The translations under genes and the position numbers were made by a program. The notes under the pieces were generated by a model. That model saw only the letters and a list, made by a program, of their open reading frames with translations, ran no database searches and had not been told where the DNA came from. From NCBI RefSeq assembly GCF_009834535.1, contig NC_045696.1, forward strand, positions 110,858,001 to 110,922,000: a stretch of 64,000 nt of DNA, in the 5' to 3' direction. This DNA comes from Camelus ferus. Lineage: Eukaryota. Shown here piece by piece: positions 39,471 through 53,690 of this stretch (within the stretch, counting starts at the first letter, position 1; each line of letters starts with the position of its first letter).

Positions 39471-42189
39471 ATAGCTGACTCTCAGAAAAGGTCTTCGGGC
39501 TTTGTTGAGGTCTCAGGGCCCCTAGACAGTTTGTGAATGCCTGTAGACTATGGTTACGTTCCCCAGTGGGGTGGACAGACGCGAAGCTTTTGTGGTTAAA
39601 TGAAGACTTGCCATCTCTTCCGCCAAGAAACGTGCTCACCTCTGTTGTGCTTTTGCTGTTGCCTCATTCAGGCAAATCATTTCATGTTTTAATTATCAAA
39701 ATTTCCCTACGTCTTGGACTCCTGGCATAAAGCTAATCTGGTGTAGGCAGAATTTCACTTAAAAATAGTCCCTGAGAAACCTGTAAGATCAAGGTAAATC
39801 ATTGTCTAAAGTCATTTTCCTTGACAAGCACCCCCCAGAGCAGATCAGTCAGCCACAGGCCAGACTTCTTACAACAGCAGCTCTGGGGAGTGAAGGGCTC
39901 TGGTAAAAATCTCTCAGTAGCTCAATAGGGATTTGACCGGCTCTTCCAGAAGCTGAATGCCCCCCTAGAGGGGACCGGCATGTCCCTCGTCATGACAGGT
40001 GGGCCAAGAGCAAAGACAGCAGAACCAGCGAGCACTTCGGGCAGCACCTTTAAAGCTGGGTTTGGAAAACAAGCTGCCAGGACTCACATTCCCATGCCTC
40101 ACCTTAACTCCAGTCCATTCTCTTTTCTCCTCCCTAAGAGGCAGGGAGCTCCTGGACCTCCTCGCAAGTCAGTGTTAATTGATTTGAGTGGAAGCTGGTC
40201 AACATGGCTCTGGGTGGCCTCGGGGTGGGTTAATGTGCTGGTATACCACACCCAGACCAAACATTAAAAGAAGTATTTTCTTTCGGCATTAAATGTATTT
40301 TATTTCCCTCTAGGCAGACATAGGAAAGGGTTAGAAATTTGTTGTCTTTCACTGGCTATTTCAGCCTCCCTCTATGAATTTATTTTATTTCTAGTACACA
40401 TCTACTCTTTTTGCCTTGTGGATTAGGGAGAGAGTTTCTTAATCAAAAAACTTGCCTATCAGGGAGTTTGTGTTTAGAATCATTTGTCACCTAGCCTTAC
40501 ACACACACACACCCCTAACTTAATTGGCCAATTTAAACTGTGAGCAATGCCCATAAATCTTGTGTATTATTTTGTGATGGACACTTCAAAAGCAGCCAGC
40601 TATGAAAGGAAGACAAACAAAGTGTTTGAGTATTTAAAGCCAAGATGGTTTGAGATGTGTTCATAAATACACATCTTCATCATTAAGAGACTGACCCATT
40701 TTCACTGCAGTTGAGTCACGATTTCTAATTAAATCTAACAATGTGAACCAAATATCAGACTTGCTGTAATTTACCTATTTCGGATCTACCCTCTGGCTTT
40801 GATTTGGAGGAGAAGATAACATATGAACAGATGCAGGTGAGGTTTCTGCAGTGCCTCTGAATGATTTTATTTTGTTGCTTCTAATTCAATACTAACCTGA
40901 TTTTTTTTTCAACTTTTGACTGTGATTGAACAAGTCCTATAGGAAAGTGGTTATTACGATTTTACTTCTAACAGATAAGATCTAGAGTTCGCTTTCAAAT
41001 ATGAAATATCAATTTAGACAGCTCGATGTTAGATCTGATTTCTCTATCTTGATTCCAGGGTTTTACCCCCAACTTTTATTTTAAAAAATTTTGTAAAATA
41101 TCTTGGCTTAGACATGATGCAACTTTGGGCAGAAGGTATGCTGCCCATCTTTTGTATGAATGAAGCTGCTATAATCTCGGTTGGAAAAGAAAGGGTGATC
41201 GCTTCATAGTAAATTACTCCCATAAAAACATAATGAACATAATGAAAAGCATTTCTACATGTTTTAAATGAAGTGTTTGTCCCATTCTAGAAGAGCTGTA
41301 AATTCAGATTTCTATCAATGGAATGTACCTATTACTTTTATAGAATGTGCTGGGAAACAAGCTGCTGGAAAATAAACAACTGGAAAACAAGCCGCACCTA
41401 AAATTTCCATGAGCTTAAAATACTGTATTCACACTTACTTGCTGAAATTGCACATGCTTGCTTTGTTTTAATGTTTTACACAGTAGATGAAATTTGTGAG
41501 GAGAAATCCTGAGACTGACATGGGCATGAAGGAGGGCAGATATTTCCTTAGGGTGAAACAATGGGTCCTGGAAAGCCAGATCACCCATTAACAGAACTTG
41601 GTTCTGGCACGAAAGCATGCTGTTTGACCCAAGGGAAGTATCTGCTGTCTTGAGATGTCCCGGAGGCAATGACAGGATAGACTCAGAAATTTTGCATACC
41701 CCGAGGAGGGTGATTGTTCCTGGAAGGGATGGGCCTGAAATTCATCAGTTAACCAGCAAGCAGAATTTAGTGCTCATCACACGGAACATCTAAAGCCCCA
41801 CGTCTTTGATCGCATTTTTTTCTGAGCTGCATACTCCTAATAAATATGATGTCGAGCAGGCTTTCAGTGCTCTAGATCCACGAGATCTTGAGTCCCCTGG
41901 TCCCATCTTTGCTCTTTACTTTGTCTCTTTGTTTCTTAAGTCTTGCGTCGCCCATCCTCAGATATGGTCCCCAGCTGCGCTGGACGCAGCAGAATGCAAG
42001 GGGGAACATGCAACTAAGCAAAGAGTCACTTCTGGTTAGTTTAAGCCGTGTTTGTGGGAAAGGGATTTGTTGTTATGCGTTGCCATTTGCTTCCCCTAAA
42101 TAAGAAACTTCAGGTAACTGGGGCTGTATATTATATTCTAACATGATCCTTATTGATGCTCTACACATATGCTCTATTTTATTAATTTT

Positions 42190-42678
42190 ATCCAGTTCTG
42201 GATTCCTGCAATTTCACTGCTGGGCACAACTTGGGGCACAAAGATTAGAGTACAATTATTTTATTTAGGAGGTAATCCCAGGAAGCTCTGGCAGGGGAGA
42301 AAAGAATGGTTTAATAAAGTTTTTATTTTCAAGCATGTTACCATTGTGGTGGCTGGAGCCTGACCCCAATGAGGAAATCTGAGAGCCAGCTAGAACACGC
42401 CACGCCCCTTTGCTCTCTCACTCCAGGACTCAGGGAGCTGGGTTATTTGTCTGTGTTTTCCATTAGTCATTGTTTGAGGCTTTTTTCCCTCAGGGGATGT
42501 GAGTTCCCTGGCATTTCTGGCCTTCTGTAAGGGTGGACAAAGCAGATTCTAGAGGCTGGAGAAATCCTCAGGGAAAGAAAAGGCAGGTGCTGGTGTTCGG
42601 AAGTGGTAGGTGCTGGCCAGCCTGCTTTGAAGTGGTTTGAATGAGGGGATGTGGGCCCTGACAGTGTCTACTATACAT
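42190..42678. mobile_element. Old ERVL LTR (LTR16-like)
   Basis: 'ttttatttaggaggtaatcccaggaagc...ttaccattgtggtggctggagc...gggatgtggg...gtgtctactataca'. Confidence 0.55.
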
Positions 42679-43506
42679 CTGTTGTCTCTTGACTTTTCCA
42701 AGGAGCCTACACGTAACTGAATTATCAAATTGACCTCAACAACCAGTAACACATCCTAAGGGGCTAAAGTTGCTGTAGGAGGCATGGTCCTACGGAATTC
42801 ATTCTCCCAAAGTTGTCTTTTTTATGCCCGGAGGAACAGCCTTCCTTTCTAGCTAATGAAGCTGTCTGGTAACCACTATTGAAATTATTCTGTAAGTCTT
42901 CCCCAAAGATAACTTTTAGCCATGGTGGGAGAAAGCGGTCTTAAGAACATCCTGTTAAAATCATTATATGGAAATTAGGTTCTTTTTTGCGGTTAGTTGA
43001 GTCTCCGGCACTTTTTCCCCCTGTGATTCAACAAGTTGTTCTTATGAATCACACATAAGATTATTCAACTGCTTCCTCTTTGGCTTGACAATATATTTCC
43101 AGGATATGACCTTGGTAAATTCAGTTCTTTTGTGATTTGTAACTGCAGAGAAATGACGAGTAATTCTCATTTTCCAAAGGGATACTGTTCATAGAAATGG
43201 CCATCTCCATCATCACTCTCCTCCCTGGAGGGGTTTTGAATTTTCATTTTCTACTCTTGATCTGAGTATATGAAGCCTTCCATGGAGAGTATGAATGTCT
43301 CTGTTCTTGACTCCCAGCATCTTACGATTTCAAGTGTCCTTGGCTTGTAGTGGAGCGAAAGGCATGCCTATCATTTTTTAATCTGCATATTTTCATAGAT
43401 TCAGGATTGTGGGCAATGAATATCTTCATATTTTTGCAGCAAATCAACTAAATAGCAATGAAAAACCAGAGGTGTAAAGGAATTTAGGGATGTTCTTACA
43501 TGAGCT

Positions 43507-43512
43507 TTTATT
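43507..43512 (-). terminator. Candidate polyadenylation signal (AATAAA) of the minus-strand gene
   Basis: Nearest minus-strand AATAAA I found downstream of the stop at 44155, followed by T-rich sequence. Implies a 3'UTR of about 650 nt. Confidence 0.4.
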
Positions 43513-44154
43513 TTCCCTTTTTTAAAATAATAATTCCAGTGTTATTTTGAAATTTATGGCTACCCTTTTCAGTTCTACTGTCATTAAATTTTTGAAAACA
43601 TAAACATTACATCTACTTTCAAAAGCATATTCCTGTATTAAAATATATTGCAAATTTTCTTATTATGATAAACAGAAAATAAGATGCCTAATAATGAACA
43701 CAAAATTATTTACAGTTACATTCAAAATTGTGAATAGAATGCGGAGACATGGTTTAAATGATCAAATTCAAGCAATATGTGATAGACATGGCATAAAATG
43801 TTCTTAAAATGCCCCAAATTAAAATTAATCACCCATTTAAAAATCCATATAGCCTTGATACTGCCTTTTCAGTGTCTAATAGCAACGATAGAATGAATCT
43901 CGGGAGAAAGACTTTTAACAGATAACTGGTAAAAATCACCCTTGATTGTACTTAAAGCCAGTACTGGTATACTGGTATTCCTGATTAATTCCCAAAAAAT
44001 AAATCAGACTCTACTTAGAAGCACCCAATACTTTATAAGCTGAAAATACACATAATTCCAAATATGACTCAGATCTTCTGTGACAGTCATGATTTTTCCA
44101 TAGTCAAAAGATAAACAATGCTGAATATCACAGGTCATGTAGACGTATTTAGAA

Positions 44155-44226
44155 TCAGTAGACTGTGTTTTCCCAAATAGGGTCCACAAAATAGCTAATA
44201 TCATCAAAGATGTTAATAGATGTTTC
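44155..44226 (-). CDS. Terminal coding exon (F) of an unidentified spliced gene: ETSINIFDDISYFVDPIWENTVY*
   Basis: Strong acceptor ctttatttttttttttag|GAA. Phase 0 matches exon E; ends in TGA at 44157-44155. Non-repeat sequence. Confidence 0.7.
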   Translation of the reverse strand, partial: ETSINIFDDISYFVDPIWENTVY

Positions 44227-45369
44227 CTAAAAAAAAAATAAAGTTTCATGACTAAGTATATTAGAATGTAGAACTTTCCATATTTGGAGAATGCTGACAC
44301 ACATCACTATATTTAAGACTCTGAGATGGACTATAGGAAAGAAATCTGTTGAGTATTACCCCAGTGATTCCTTATCTTTTACTTGTAACACAAGTTGGAA
44401 ACATCTGCCCTAACAATATGGTTAGAAATGGGAAATACGGTTTTAACTCCTCCACCAGCATCTACCCAGATCTGCAACATCATCATCTTAATTGTCATTG
44501 TCATCATCAGCGCAAAATGTTATTAAGTGATCTTCATCAGTCACCACGCAGAGACAGTCACTCACATAATTCCTGTATTACTCAAGTTTACAATTTAAGA
44601 TTTTTGGTTCAAACTTATACGTGTCTACAGAGCATCCAGACAGCATCTAAAGCATTAAGCCAAGATATGGTACATTATCAGCTTAGATCAAAGAGTCTAT
44701 GTTTAGCTAAGGATAGAGAGACACCATTTTCAAACCAAAAGACTCAGGGGACAGTCATTATCTAGTTATTGACTATCTTGGGGAAAGATACCCTGAACTG
44801 CTTAAATAATGGTGAGACTGCTCAGGTAACTGGTAGGAAGACTGTTTCAGGCACAGACTGTTGCATTAGTTAAAGAGAATGGTAACAGAAACAGAAATAG
44901 CAGCAAGAAGCCCTAACTAAAATGAGGGCTTGGGAAAGGGAAGAGATGACTGAGTTGAGAAGAAGGAAGCAGTGTAAAGGAAATGAAACAAGGTCAGAAC
45001 CAACTGGGCCAGCCCAAAGCAGGCGCTAGTTATGATCATTTGCAGGGCGGTATGATTAATTCTATTTTCCACACATTAGCATTTCACTTCCTTACCAGAA
45101 GGATACAGCCTAGCCTGCCTTAATTTTATTGTTTTTTGTGAGAGTCAAGCTCTTTGAGTTCTGCGAACGAATGGATGGCAAGCATATCATCCTTATATAC
45201 TTAGGGATACACATTAGTATTTTATTTTGTGACAATGACATATGAAATGATATGCAAGATAAAAAGACATCTACATCGAATCAACTTGCATTGCTTTCTC
45301 CCACCAATTAACTGAGGAACATGTAAAATACTTACTGTACATAGGTATTTACATATACAAGCATCTTTT

Positions 45370-45700
45370 GAGTTTTACAACAAAGACCAGGTAGTTGGAA
45401 CATTAAAAGATTACTTGTTAACTGAAGAAAACCAGGCATCTCAAGTTAAAGAATTTAGCGCTTTTCTATGTATGGGAGGGAGCAAACATTTGGGCTCATT
45501 GAAATCATTCCTTTGGCAAGCATCTAGCTATCTAGGGCCAGTATCCTGTCCTTTCTTATTCTGAGTCCCCTCAGGTGCAGAGGCTGGGCTGCAGGCTTGT
45601 CTTCACTGTAGGGGGGCGGTGGCAGCAGCTGATGACTTGATGGCTTCAGCATTCTTCGTTTACTGACATGGTTTGCAGTATTTTTCCTTCGCAATCCACA
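45370..45700. mobile_element. ERV1 (MER4/MER41-like) LTR fragment
   Basis: 'aaaaccaggcatctcaagttaaagaatttagcgcttttctatgtatgggag...tgggctcattgaaatcattcctttg...agctatctagggccagtatcctg'. Confidence 0.6.
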
Positions 45701-47273
45701 TCCCTCTTTTCGCTTTGCTGAATTGCAAAATATATTTATTGCTACTTCTCTCTTTTGTTCAGAATGGTGAGGAGCTGTGCACATCAAATATGCTGGATTC
45801 CTTTAGAAATAGCTTTAGCTTCTGTCTGAAGGCAGAAAAAACTTTTTTTAAAGTTAGCTTTTTACTTTGTTTATGGTGGGTATTTATGGGCACAGAAATC
45901 AGCTGGAGAGACAATGCACAGGAATCAAGGCTGACACGGCTTCTCAGCACCTGGAGGTGGAGCTGTGAAGGCTTCCCAAGTGAGGGAAGCTCAAGGCTTC
46001 TGTGTGTTGACCTGAGCTCTTTGGGTGAATTTCCATCCAAACCTGAAATTCTTCATGTTCAACAACTAAATGTGATCATAAATATATTTACAATATAGCT
46101 TTATAATATATTTTATATTGTTGTCCTTTGAAATTGGCAGTTTGGGATGAAATTGGCTGTTTTTTCAATTAAAATGTGCCGCTAATAGTGTGCTTGTCCT
46201 TGAATGCCGTCTTCCGTATTGAAAGGAAGATACAAATATCTCAGGGAAATAACTTTGTAATAAAGAAATTCTTATGTGTGTCATTACAGTTAAATTGCAT
46301 ATTGTAAATATGACTGTTACGGGTGATTACAGTCCTGCTGTGATGTTTTGAAATTTGCAAGAGGAACAGGAAAGATTTTATAACCTTGACAGGGTAACTG
46401 ATGAATATTGCAAATTTACATGCCCTCGGGGTTATGGGAAATAGTTGTTTTCAAAAATGAAAATTACACACCCTAAAATCATAGCAACATTCTTGTTATG
46501 TAAGGTATGCTAGTTTTTTTTTTACTACATATATACAGCAATTAACTAGTAATATAAAAATTTGAAAATACAGCTTATTGCTTTATCCTAAAAGTAAATA
46601 AACTCTATCATCAATTGAAACTAAATATTATTCCTTTACACGTGACAAGCTTCCTTTTTTTTTCCACTTTGTAGTATGAAACTGCATCGTACTCAGGAAT
46701 TGCATTTTGAGGGGTAGCAGAAGTGTATTACAGCAAATACGTGAACCTTAAATGCTATCTTTGGACATAGCTGAACTCTGTTTCCTCTGAACAAAAATAG
46801 AAAGTTTGTCTTTATAGAAAATCACTGTCATTTTGACAGGTAATCAACAAGTCCAGGTAGGTGCTTGGAGTTGATCTAGTGAGCTCACAAATGAAAAATT
46901 AGCTGAAGTTTTTGCAAACATATGATAGACTGGTCCCATAAGACAAGTAGAGAGAGGTTTGGACTAGAAATAACAAACTAAGAGGAATAAATGCGTTAAG
47001 GCTTAGTACTTAGACTGTGACAGTCACTTATAAAATATTCTTAACCCATACCTTTTACATTTCAAGCACCAGTTGATTCAAGGTTCTTAAAAACAATAAT
47101 GAGGCTTACAAATGACATTAAATTTTAGCTTTCCTTGCCCTCCATGTCCTCTTTGTTTACTGCATGAATTTGGAAGGAAATGGAGCTGGTTCAGGGATAC
47201 TCATATCAAGAAGGAATGTATGAACTATTTGTGTGAACCAGCATTAACACTGAGGGAAGTGAAAAAACACAAG

Positions 47274-47908
47274 TGAGACAGGAAGGGGGCAGGGCACAGA
47301 CACTCAAGAAATAACATAGCGATTAACACCAGAAAGATTCATCCCCCAGGAGGCTTTGAGGCTCAAGATGGTGGGAGATTTGGTTTCTAGTAGACCTTGA
47401 GCTTCATTACACGCCCACTGTAATATATTAACATGGTGAATAACACAGCCACAGGCGCCATGACAGTCCCAAGGCTAGCCACAAAAGGTCAGAGAGCGGG
47501 AAATGGCCAACTGCCTGGGAATCCCAGCCCCTTCCCCAGGCTAGTTAGACTGGTCCTTCCACTTATTAGCAGATGAAGCTACTGAGCCCATAAAAACTGG
47601 CAACACGGAGCCTCACTGCCGCCTGCCACCCCCCTCTCCCTTCTCTTTGGAGACAGCCCACACTCTGTCTATAGAGTGTGTACCTACTTTTACTCTAATA
47701 TGAACACCCAACCCCCAAACCTCATGGCCTTTTTCTTGCCTTTTGATGCATCTCTCTGAATAAATCTACCTTTACTCAACGGTGGCTCACTCTTGAATTC
47801 TTTCCTGCGTGAAATCAAGGACCCACCCTTGGCGAGGCACGTCCCAGAGGCTCAACTGAAGCCTGGGACACGGCCCTCCTCATGTCCCACATCCATTTTC
47901 CTGCATCA
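47274..47908 (+). mobile_element. ERV1-class solo LTR
   Basis: TG...CA termini, perfect 4-bp TSD caag (47270, 47909), TATA-like cataaaaa at about 47590, AATAAA at about 47759. Confidence 0.85.
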
Positions 47909-48622
47909 CAAGTACTCAGAAATGAAATCCCAACTTACTAAAAGATGAAAAATGAAACTTTCAAGGAGGTGGAATGATCCCCAAATAAAAACTGCTTTGA
48001 GAAGTCAGAGGGTACGTAGAGGGTAGTGGTTCGCCAGCACCTGGCTTTGCCCAGCAGGTGGGTTACCAGGTGGTGAGTGGTTGGCAAGGGGTTAGGTAGC
48101 TCCAGGACTTGAATGATACCTGCTGCAGGGTCTCCTGGAGGTAGCCCAGTGTGCAGGGCAGCCACTGACTCTTGCCTCAGCACTGTCACGGGTAAGCTGA
48201 CCACACAGAATGGTAGCAGATGGCCCCCTAAGGCTCCCCAGTAACTTGTCCTTAGGACAGGGTCCCTATGAAGCATTGCAAAAAAGCAGTTTTGTCTGCC
48301 ATTAAGTAAACATGGTTCTGCTCCTGGGTACCATGTCTTCTTCCCCATCTTTCATCCATAGCCTCAGGCCCACTGCCTCTGACAGTGCAGAATTTACAAG
48401 AAATCTATGTGGAACTTAAATGGTAAATGCAGGCAGATTTGAATATGGTTACGCTTAGCTAACTTGGAAAAGGACATTTCAAGGTATTTCAGTTATTTGC
48501 AATTAACCGGTTGTGAAAAGACTCCATTGTTTTATTCTTCCAAATGGAAAAAAACCGTTTAAAAGAAAAATCTTTTGAGTGCATTTCGTTTAACTAACAT
48601 TGAGGGGATCAAAACTGAATTA

Positions 48623-48792
48623 TAAAACAATAAGTTCCTACTGTATAGCGCAGAGAATTACATTCAATACCTTGTAATAGCCTATAATTACAAAAGAATA
48701 TGAAAAGGAATATATATAACTAAATTATTATGCTGTACACCAGAAATTAAAACAATATTGTAAACCAACTATACTTCAATTAAAAAAAAAAA
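48623..48792 (+). mobile_element. Short LINE-1 3' end with poly(A)
   Basis: 'cctactgtatagc...tgctgtacaccagaaatt...ttgtaaaccaactatacttcaatt' followed by an A-tract. ctgaatta is repeated on both sides. Confidence 0.85.
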
Positions 48793-49273
48793 ATCCCTGA
48801 ATTACAATGCTTCCTGTCTTCTGTTGTCCCCAGTGGTGAGTTTGTGAGGATCAAAAAGAACAGAGCTGTCCTCTAAAAAGAAGTGCAGCCGCTAATCTTA
48901 TGTTGCTCAGAGCTTTTATTTTCCAGACAGCCCTGGATCCAAGACAGCATGGGAAAGTGCTTCCAATTTGCTTTTTCTCCCTTCGCCTCTAAGAGAGGTT
49001 TATTTCTTTCCAGTCCCATCCCCACGCCTCTCTCTGGCTGGCAGACACCCTCTTCCCCATTCCTGCCAGTGGGACAGGCTGTCACAACATTTCCTGCAGG
49101 GAAAGGGGAGGCTTGTGGCTCTGTGAAGGTGTGTGACATGGAGGGCCAGGGGATGGGGGGCTGCTCTGCGTCTGACTGTCCTTCCAGGACCTCGCAACAT
49201 GTCCCCCAGGAACACCGAGGCGCCAGTGTGATGATGGAATTGGAGGCCTTGAAAGAGAAGAAAAATGGCATAC

Positions 49274-49347
49274 CTCTGTGAAAGCTTTACATAAAAGATG
49301 TAAGCAGCCTCTATTTTTGCTATCACTTAAATTTACTCTGTAAAATG
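49274..49347 (-). CDS. Internal coding exon (E): (A)FYRVNLSDSKNRGCLHLLCKAFTE
   Basis: Acceptor tttttaattttctttag|CA and donor GAG|gtatgc. 74 nt, phase 1 in and phase 0 out, open frame joining exons D and F. Confidence 0.7.
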
Positions 49348-49574
49348 CTAAAGAAAATTAAAAATGTATTTTCAACCTTATTGGAAAAGAATTTCTCTTT
49401 GTCAAAGGTTTAGAGCAGGCGATCATCTCTTGTCCCACACTAGGTCCCTCAATCTCTGCTTTTACACTTTTAAGTGTTTTGAGTTTGTTTTTTTTTTTAA
49501 TGTTCTAAACAGGCAATCATACATGTGTTCAAGCTCAAATGTATCCTGCAGCAATGGGGTGCATGGTGATTTTC

Positions 49575-50560
49575 TGTTTTCACAAATGTTGCCCATCGGG
49601 CACCTTAAACGTAGTGACTTAAAGTGACCAGCATTTATAATTTCTCATGAGTCAGTGGGTCAGCTGGGTGATGTTCTGCTGATCTGAGCCCCGCTGCCTC
49701 ACAAGTCGATGGCCAGCTGGCAGGTGGCCAGGGATCTGGTTGGTCTAAGATGGACCCAGAAAGGACAGGTCAGCTCTTCTCCATGTGTCCCTTACATCTA
49801 TCCCTCCAGCAAACTAGCAGATGTGTTTTTTTTGTGGCGGTAGGAAGAGTTGTAGGAAGAATGTAGAAATGCAAGACTCCTTTGTCAAGTCTGCTTACAT
49901 CAAGTTCTCCGCATTTCCACTAGATAAAGCGGATCACACAGTCAAACTCAGCATCAGTGTAGACACGTGTATCAGGTTTTTGTTGCTGTGTAACCAATGA
50001 CTATAAACTTAGCAGTGAGAAACTACACACATGTCTTTTCAATCTTACAATTTCTGTAGCTCAGGAGTTTGGGCATACCCTACCTGGGTTTTCTCACAGG
50101 CTGGAATCACAAAGTATGGGGAGGGGCACAGGGTTTCATCTGAGCCTTGGGACGCTCTTCCAAGCTCAGGTGATTGTGGGCGGACTTCAGTGCCTTGCGT
50201 TTGTAGGACTGAGGTGCTCAGTAACTGGATGCCGCCGGTGGTAGTCCCCTGTCATGTGGTCCTGTCCGTAAATAGTCCACATCAAGTCAGTTTTCTTCTT
50301 CAAGGCCAGCAGGGAGTCCTCTCTCTCTCTCTCATCAATGAAGACAATATTAGAACATAACCAGATCCAAAGAGTGACATTCCATCACCTTCACTGTATT
50401 CTAATTGTCTTAAACAAGTCACAGGTGTAGCCTACACTCAAGGGGAGGGGCTTATGCAAGAGAATGGGCGCTTGGGGTCACCGTGGGATGTGTCTGTCAC
50501 AGAGAGCAGCACCAAAGGCCACAGATATAGGTAGACCCGAAAAACTGGGGCCATGAAACA
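49575..50560. mobile_element. Nested MaLR LTRs (MLT1D-like at about 49968-50500 inside an older MLT1)
   Basis: Two MLT1-type starts (tgttttcacaaatgttgccc..., tgtatcaggtttttgttgctgtgtaacc...). The inner one ends ...tgtctgtcaca. Confidence 0.6.
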
Positions 50561-50584
50561 TGAAATATCACAATATCAAAATAC

Positions 50585-50642
50585 CTGGAGAAGGAAGAAT
50601 TGTGTGAGGTGGTCTCATGAAAATGGCTGCAGAATATAGGAC
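50585..50642 (-). CDS. Internal coding exon (D): VLYSAAIFMRPPHTILPSP
   Basis: Acceptor actgaaagttttctggaattcag|GTC and donor CAG|gtattt. 58 nt, phase 0 in and phase 1 out, matching exon E. Confidence 0.6.
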
Positions 50643-52742
50643 CTGAATTCCAGAAAACTTTCAGTCCACGTCCGAGGATTCAGTCAGCTGCCTTCAGCAG
50701 GCTATTTGAAAACCAGACAAAATCCAGCAAATAGACACACAAACCTCAGTTACTGACGTGAGAAGCAGGGATGGAAATTCTTCTTTGAGAAATCAGAGGG
50801 GCTTTCAAGCATCACGGTAAACATCCTCCATATTCTTCAAACTTGGTGCTGCGTAATTCTTAATTTAGTTTTTTATCAAGTGGGAACAAATTGATTATTC
50901 TCAGTAATTATGTTTATATGGCAGAGAGCTAGAATTAAATAAGTGAATTATAGGGTATAGCTTGATAAAGCTACAAATTGAAACAAAAATACCTCACAAG
51001 CAATGAACAGAAGAAAATGTCTCCCAGATTTAAAGATTCAGTCCCTCTTCTCAAGATTGCATGTATATAATTTTATACTCATTTCATTCTTTATATGAAG
51101 TTGCTTCTATGATGCAGCTTTAATTTGCTGTCATACTTTACGGATTAAATGTCATGAAATCATTGTGTACATGCACTAGTTTTGTCCCTTGAGCCGTGCT
51201 GTGTTGCCACAAACATTTTAACCATCTTTGGTATGTGCAAAAAAGTTGTTTATACAGCCAAGGAAATTACTTGCAATTTTCATAGTGAGTGTATAGGTAT
51301 ACATATTGTGAATTTTTCAAGAATAATCAAGAACAAATCACCTAAGTCTAAAATTCCCTACATTTACTTGTACATGAGACAAGAAGTAAACATGATTGGC
51401 TCACCTAGACTTGGGTTTGAATGTCACCTCCGTGATTTTTAGCTTTGATTGATCTCAGACCAAGGACTTAATGTTTCTAAGGCTTAGCTCCCACATCTGA
51501 GGATAATGGTAGACTCCACTTTAAAAGGTTACCAAGCATAGGCTTGTTGCAAGGAGCATCTACTTCAGTGGGGGTGAGCTGCTCGGTACAGCATCAGCCT
51601 GTATCCACCCAGGTCCCACAGCCCCTCGGATGCTGCTTCTGTGCACTTGGCCTCCTGGTGTACTTTCTCTCCCAACAGCCTGCATCTGTTGGGGACTGTC
51701 CTTAGGTGGCTGGAACCTATTTTGCCTGCTGACATTGGTAACACCCTGACATCCCTGTCTCCAGAGGCAGCCCTTCAGCACTGCCAGAGAGGTACAGGGG
51801 AACAGATCGTCCAGCACCCTCAGCCCTGACTGGGACGGCCCGGAGGGTGCTCTTCACTCTTTCACAGCCCCCTGCAGCGCTGCGCCAGAGTCACCCTCCA
51901 CGGCAAAGTGCCTGGCTTCCGTCCTGTCCCTGCCTTTCTTCTCTTCTCAACTATCAGTTTTCCGGCAACACTTCCTGGTGAATTCATCCCACATCTCAGG
52001 ACATACTTCTGGGAAAGCCCACATAAGGCACTGGCAGAATATAAATGGACAAATTAATATTAGCTTAACTTTTTTCATGACAAAGAACTTGGATTGACAA
52101 TCACTTAATGGCACACGTGCCCAAGGAAATGATTCACTGATTGATGTCATGGGAGGGTGACCTGGTAGAGTGTCCCCATGAAGCAGGCATAATGATCTGG
52201 TGGTTGGGACCACACTCCCGGCCTCCTTGCGACTGTCAGTGGGATAACAGAAATCAGCAGCAAAAAGAAAGGACAGATAACAGTCCACGGCACCTCCCTA
52301 GCCTCCTACAGTGGCTTGGAGACAGTCCTTCCTGTTCTCAGGAAGCCAGCTACCTCTCTCCTTGATGTTTGATTATACTCTAGATCAAGTGAGATCAGAA
52401 TTCCAAGGAAAGGGGAGGAAGTCTCAGCAAGCAGGGAGAACCCTCAGACAAGGAGCAAACGGTCTTCCGTTTTCATTCACCAGGCAAACAGAATAACCTT
52501 CACCCGGGGGAGACCTCCCCCTTGTCTGGAGTAGAGGAAGGACTGACTGACTCTCTTTGGTCTCTAAGAGATGGAATGTTCTCCTCCTAGGTCTGTCACT
52601 GGCTGTCCTTTGAGAGTATTTGTTTCTTTCAAATAACCTTAACAAATAATGAGTATTACTCTGCTGATTTATTTTAAAAGTGCTTTTCTGCTATTTTAAA
52701 GCGTGTTTGAATTATGCTTATTAATCCTGCTGTGAACCTTTT

Positions 52743-53690
52743 TTTTTTAACATTTTTTATTGATTTATAGTCATTTTACAATGTTGTGTCAAATCAGTGT
52801 ACAGCACAATTTTTCAGTTATACATGAACGTGTATATATTCATTGTCACATTTTTTTCTCGGTGAGCTACCACAAGACCTTGTATATATTTCCCTGTGCT
52901 ATACAGTATAATCTTGTTTATCTATTCTACAATTTTGAAATCCCATCCATTCCTTCCCACCCCCTGCCCCCTTGGCAACCACAAGTTTGTATTCTATGTC
53001 TATGAGTCTGTTTCTGTTTTGTATTTATGCTTTGTTTGTTTGTTTTTGTTTTTGTTTTTAGATTCTACGTATGAGCAATCTCATATGGTATTTTTCTTTC
53101 TCTTTCTGGCTTAAGTCACTTAGAATGACTTTCTCCAGGAACATCCATGTTGCTGCAAATGGAGTTATGTTGTCGATTTTTATGGCTGAATAGTATTCCA
53201 TTGTATAAATATACCACTTCTTCTTTATCCAGTCATCCGTTGATGGACATTTAGGCTGTCTCCATGTCTTGGCTATTGTAAATAGTGCTGCTATGAACAT
53301 TGGGGTGCAGGTGTCATTTTGAAGTAGGGTTCCTTCTGGATATATGCCCAGGAGTGGGATTCCTGGGTCACACGGTAAGTCCATTCCTAGTATTTTGAGG
53401 AATTTCCATACTGTTTTCCACAGTGGCTGCACCAAACTGCATTCCCACCAGCAGTGTAGGAGGGTTGCCTTTTCTCCACAGCCTCTCCAGCATTTATTGT
53501 TTGTGGACTTTTGAATGATGGCCATTCTGACTGGTATGAGGTGATACCTCATTGTAGTTTTGATTTGCATTTCTCTGATCGTTACCGATATTGAGCATTT
53601 TTTCATGTACCTATTGATCATTTGTATTTCTTCCTTAGAGAATTGCTTGTTTATGTCTTTGGCCCATTTTTGGATTGGGTTGTTTGGTTG
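52743..53690 (-). mobile_element. Young 5'-truncated LINE-1 (ORF2 C-terminus and 3'UTR)
   Basis: Perfect 15-bp TSD tgctgtgaacctttt (52728, 53691). ORF 53058..53777 closely matches 17374..18153. Confidence 0.95.

Noticed and set aside
44004..44300. 98-aa ORF with a signal-peptide-like hydrophobic stretch
   Set aside because: It crosses the strong splice acceptor at 44227 and is out of phase with exon E. The spliced frame explains the region better.
45096..45160. Minus-strand segment with a cag| acceptor and CTG|gtaagg donor
   Set aside because: 65 nt with stops in all three frames, and exons E and F join in frame without it. At most a cryptic or poison exon.
48873..49281. Antiparallel 132-aa ORF pair
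   Set aside because: GC-richer intronic sequence next to exon E, with no recognisable protein or splice support.
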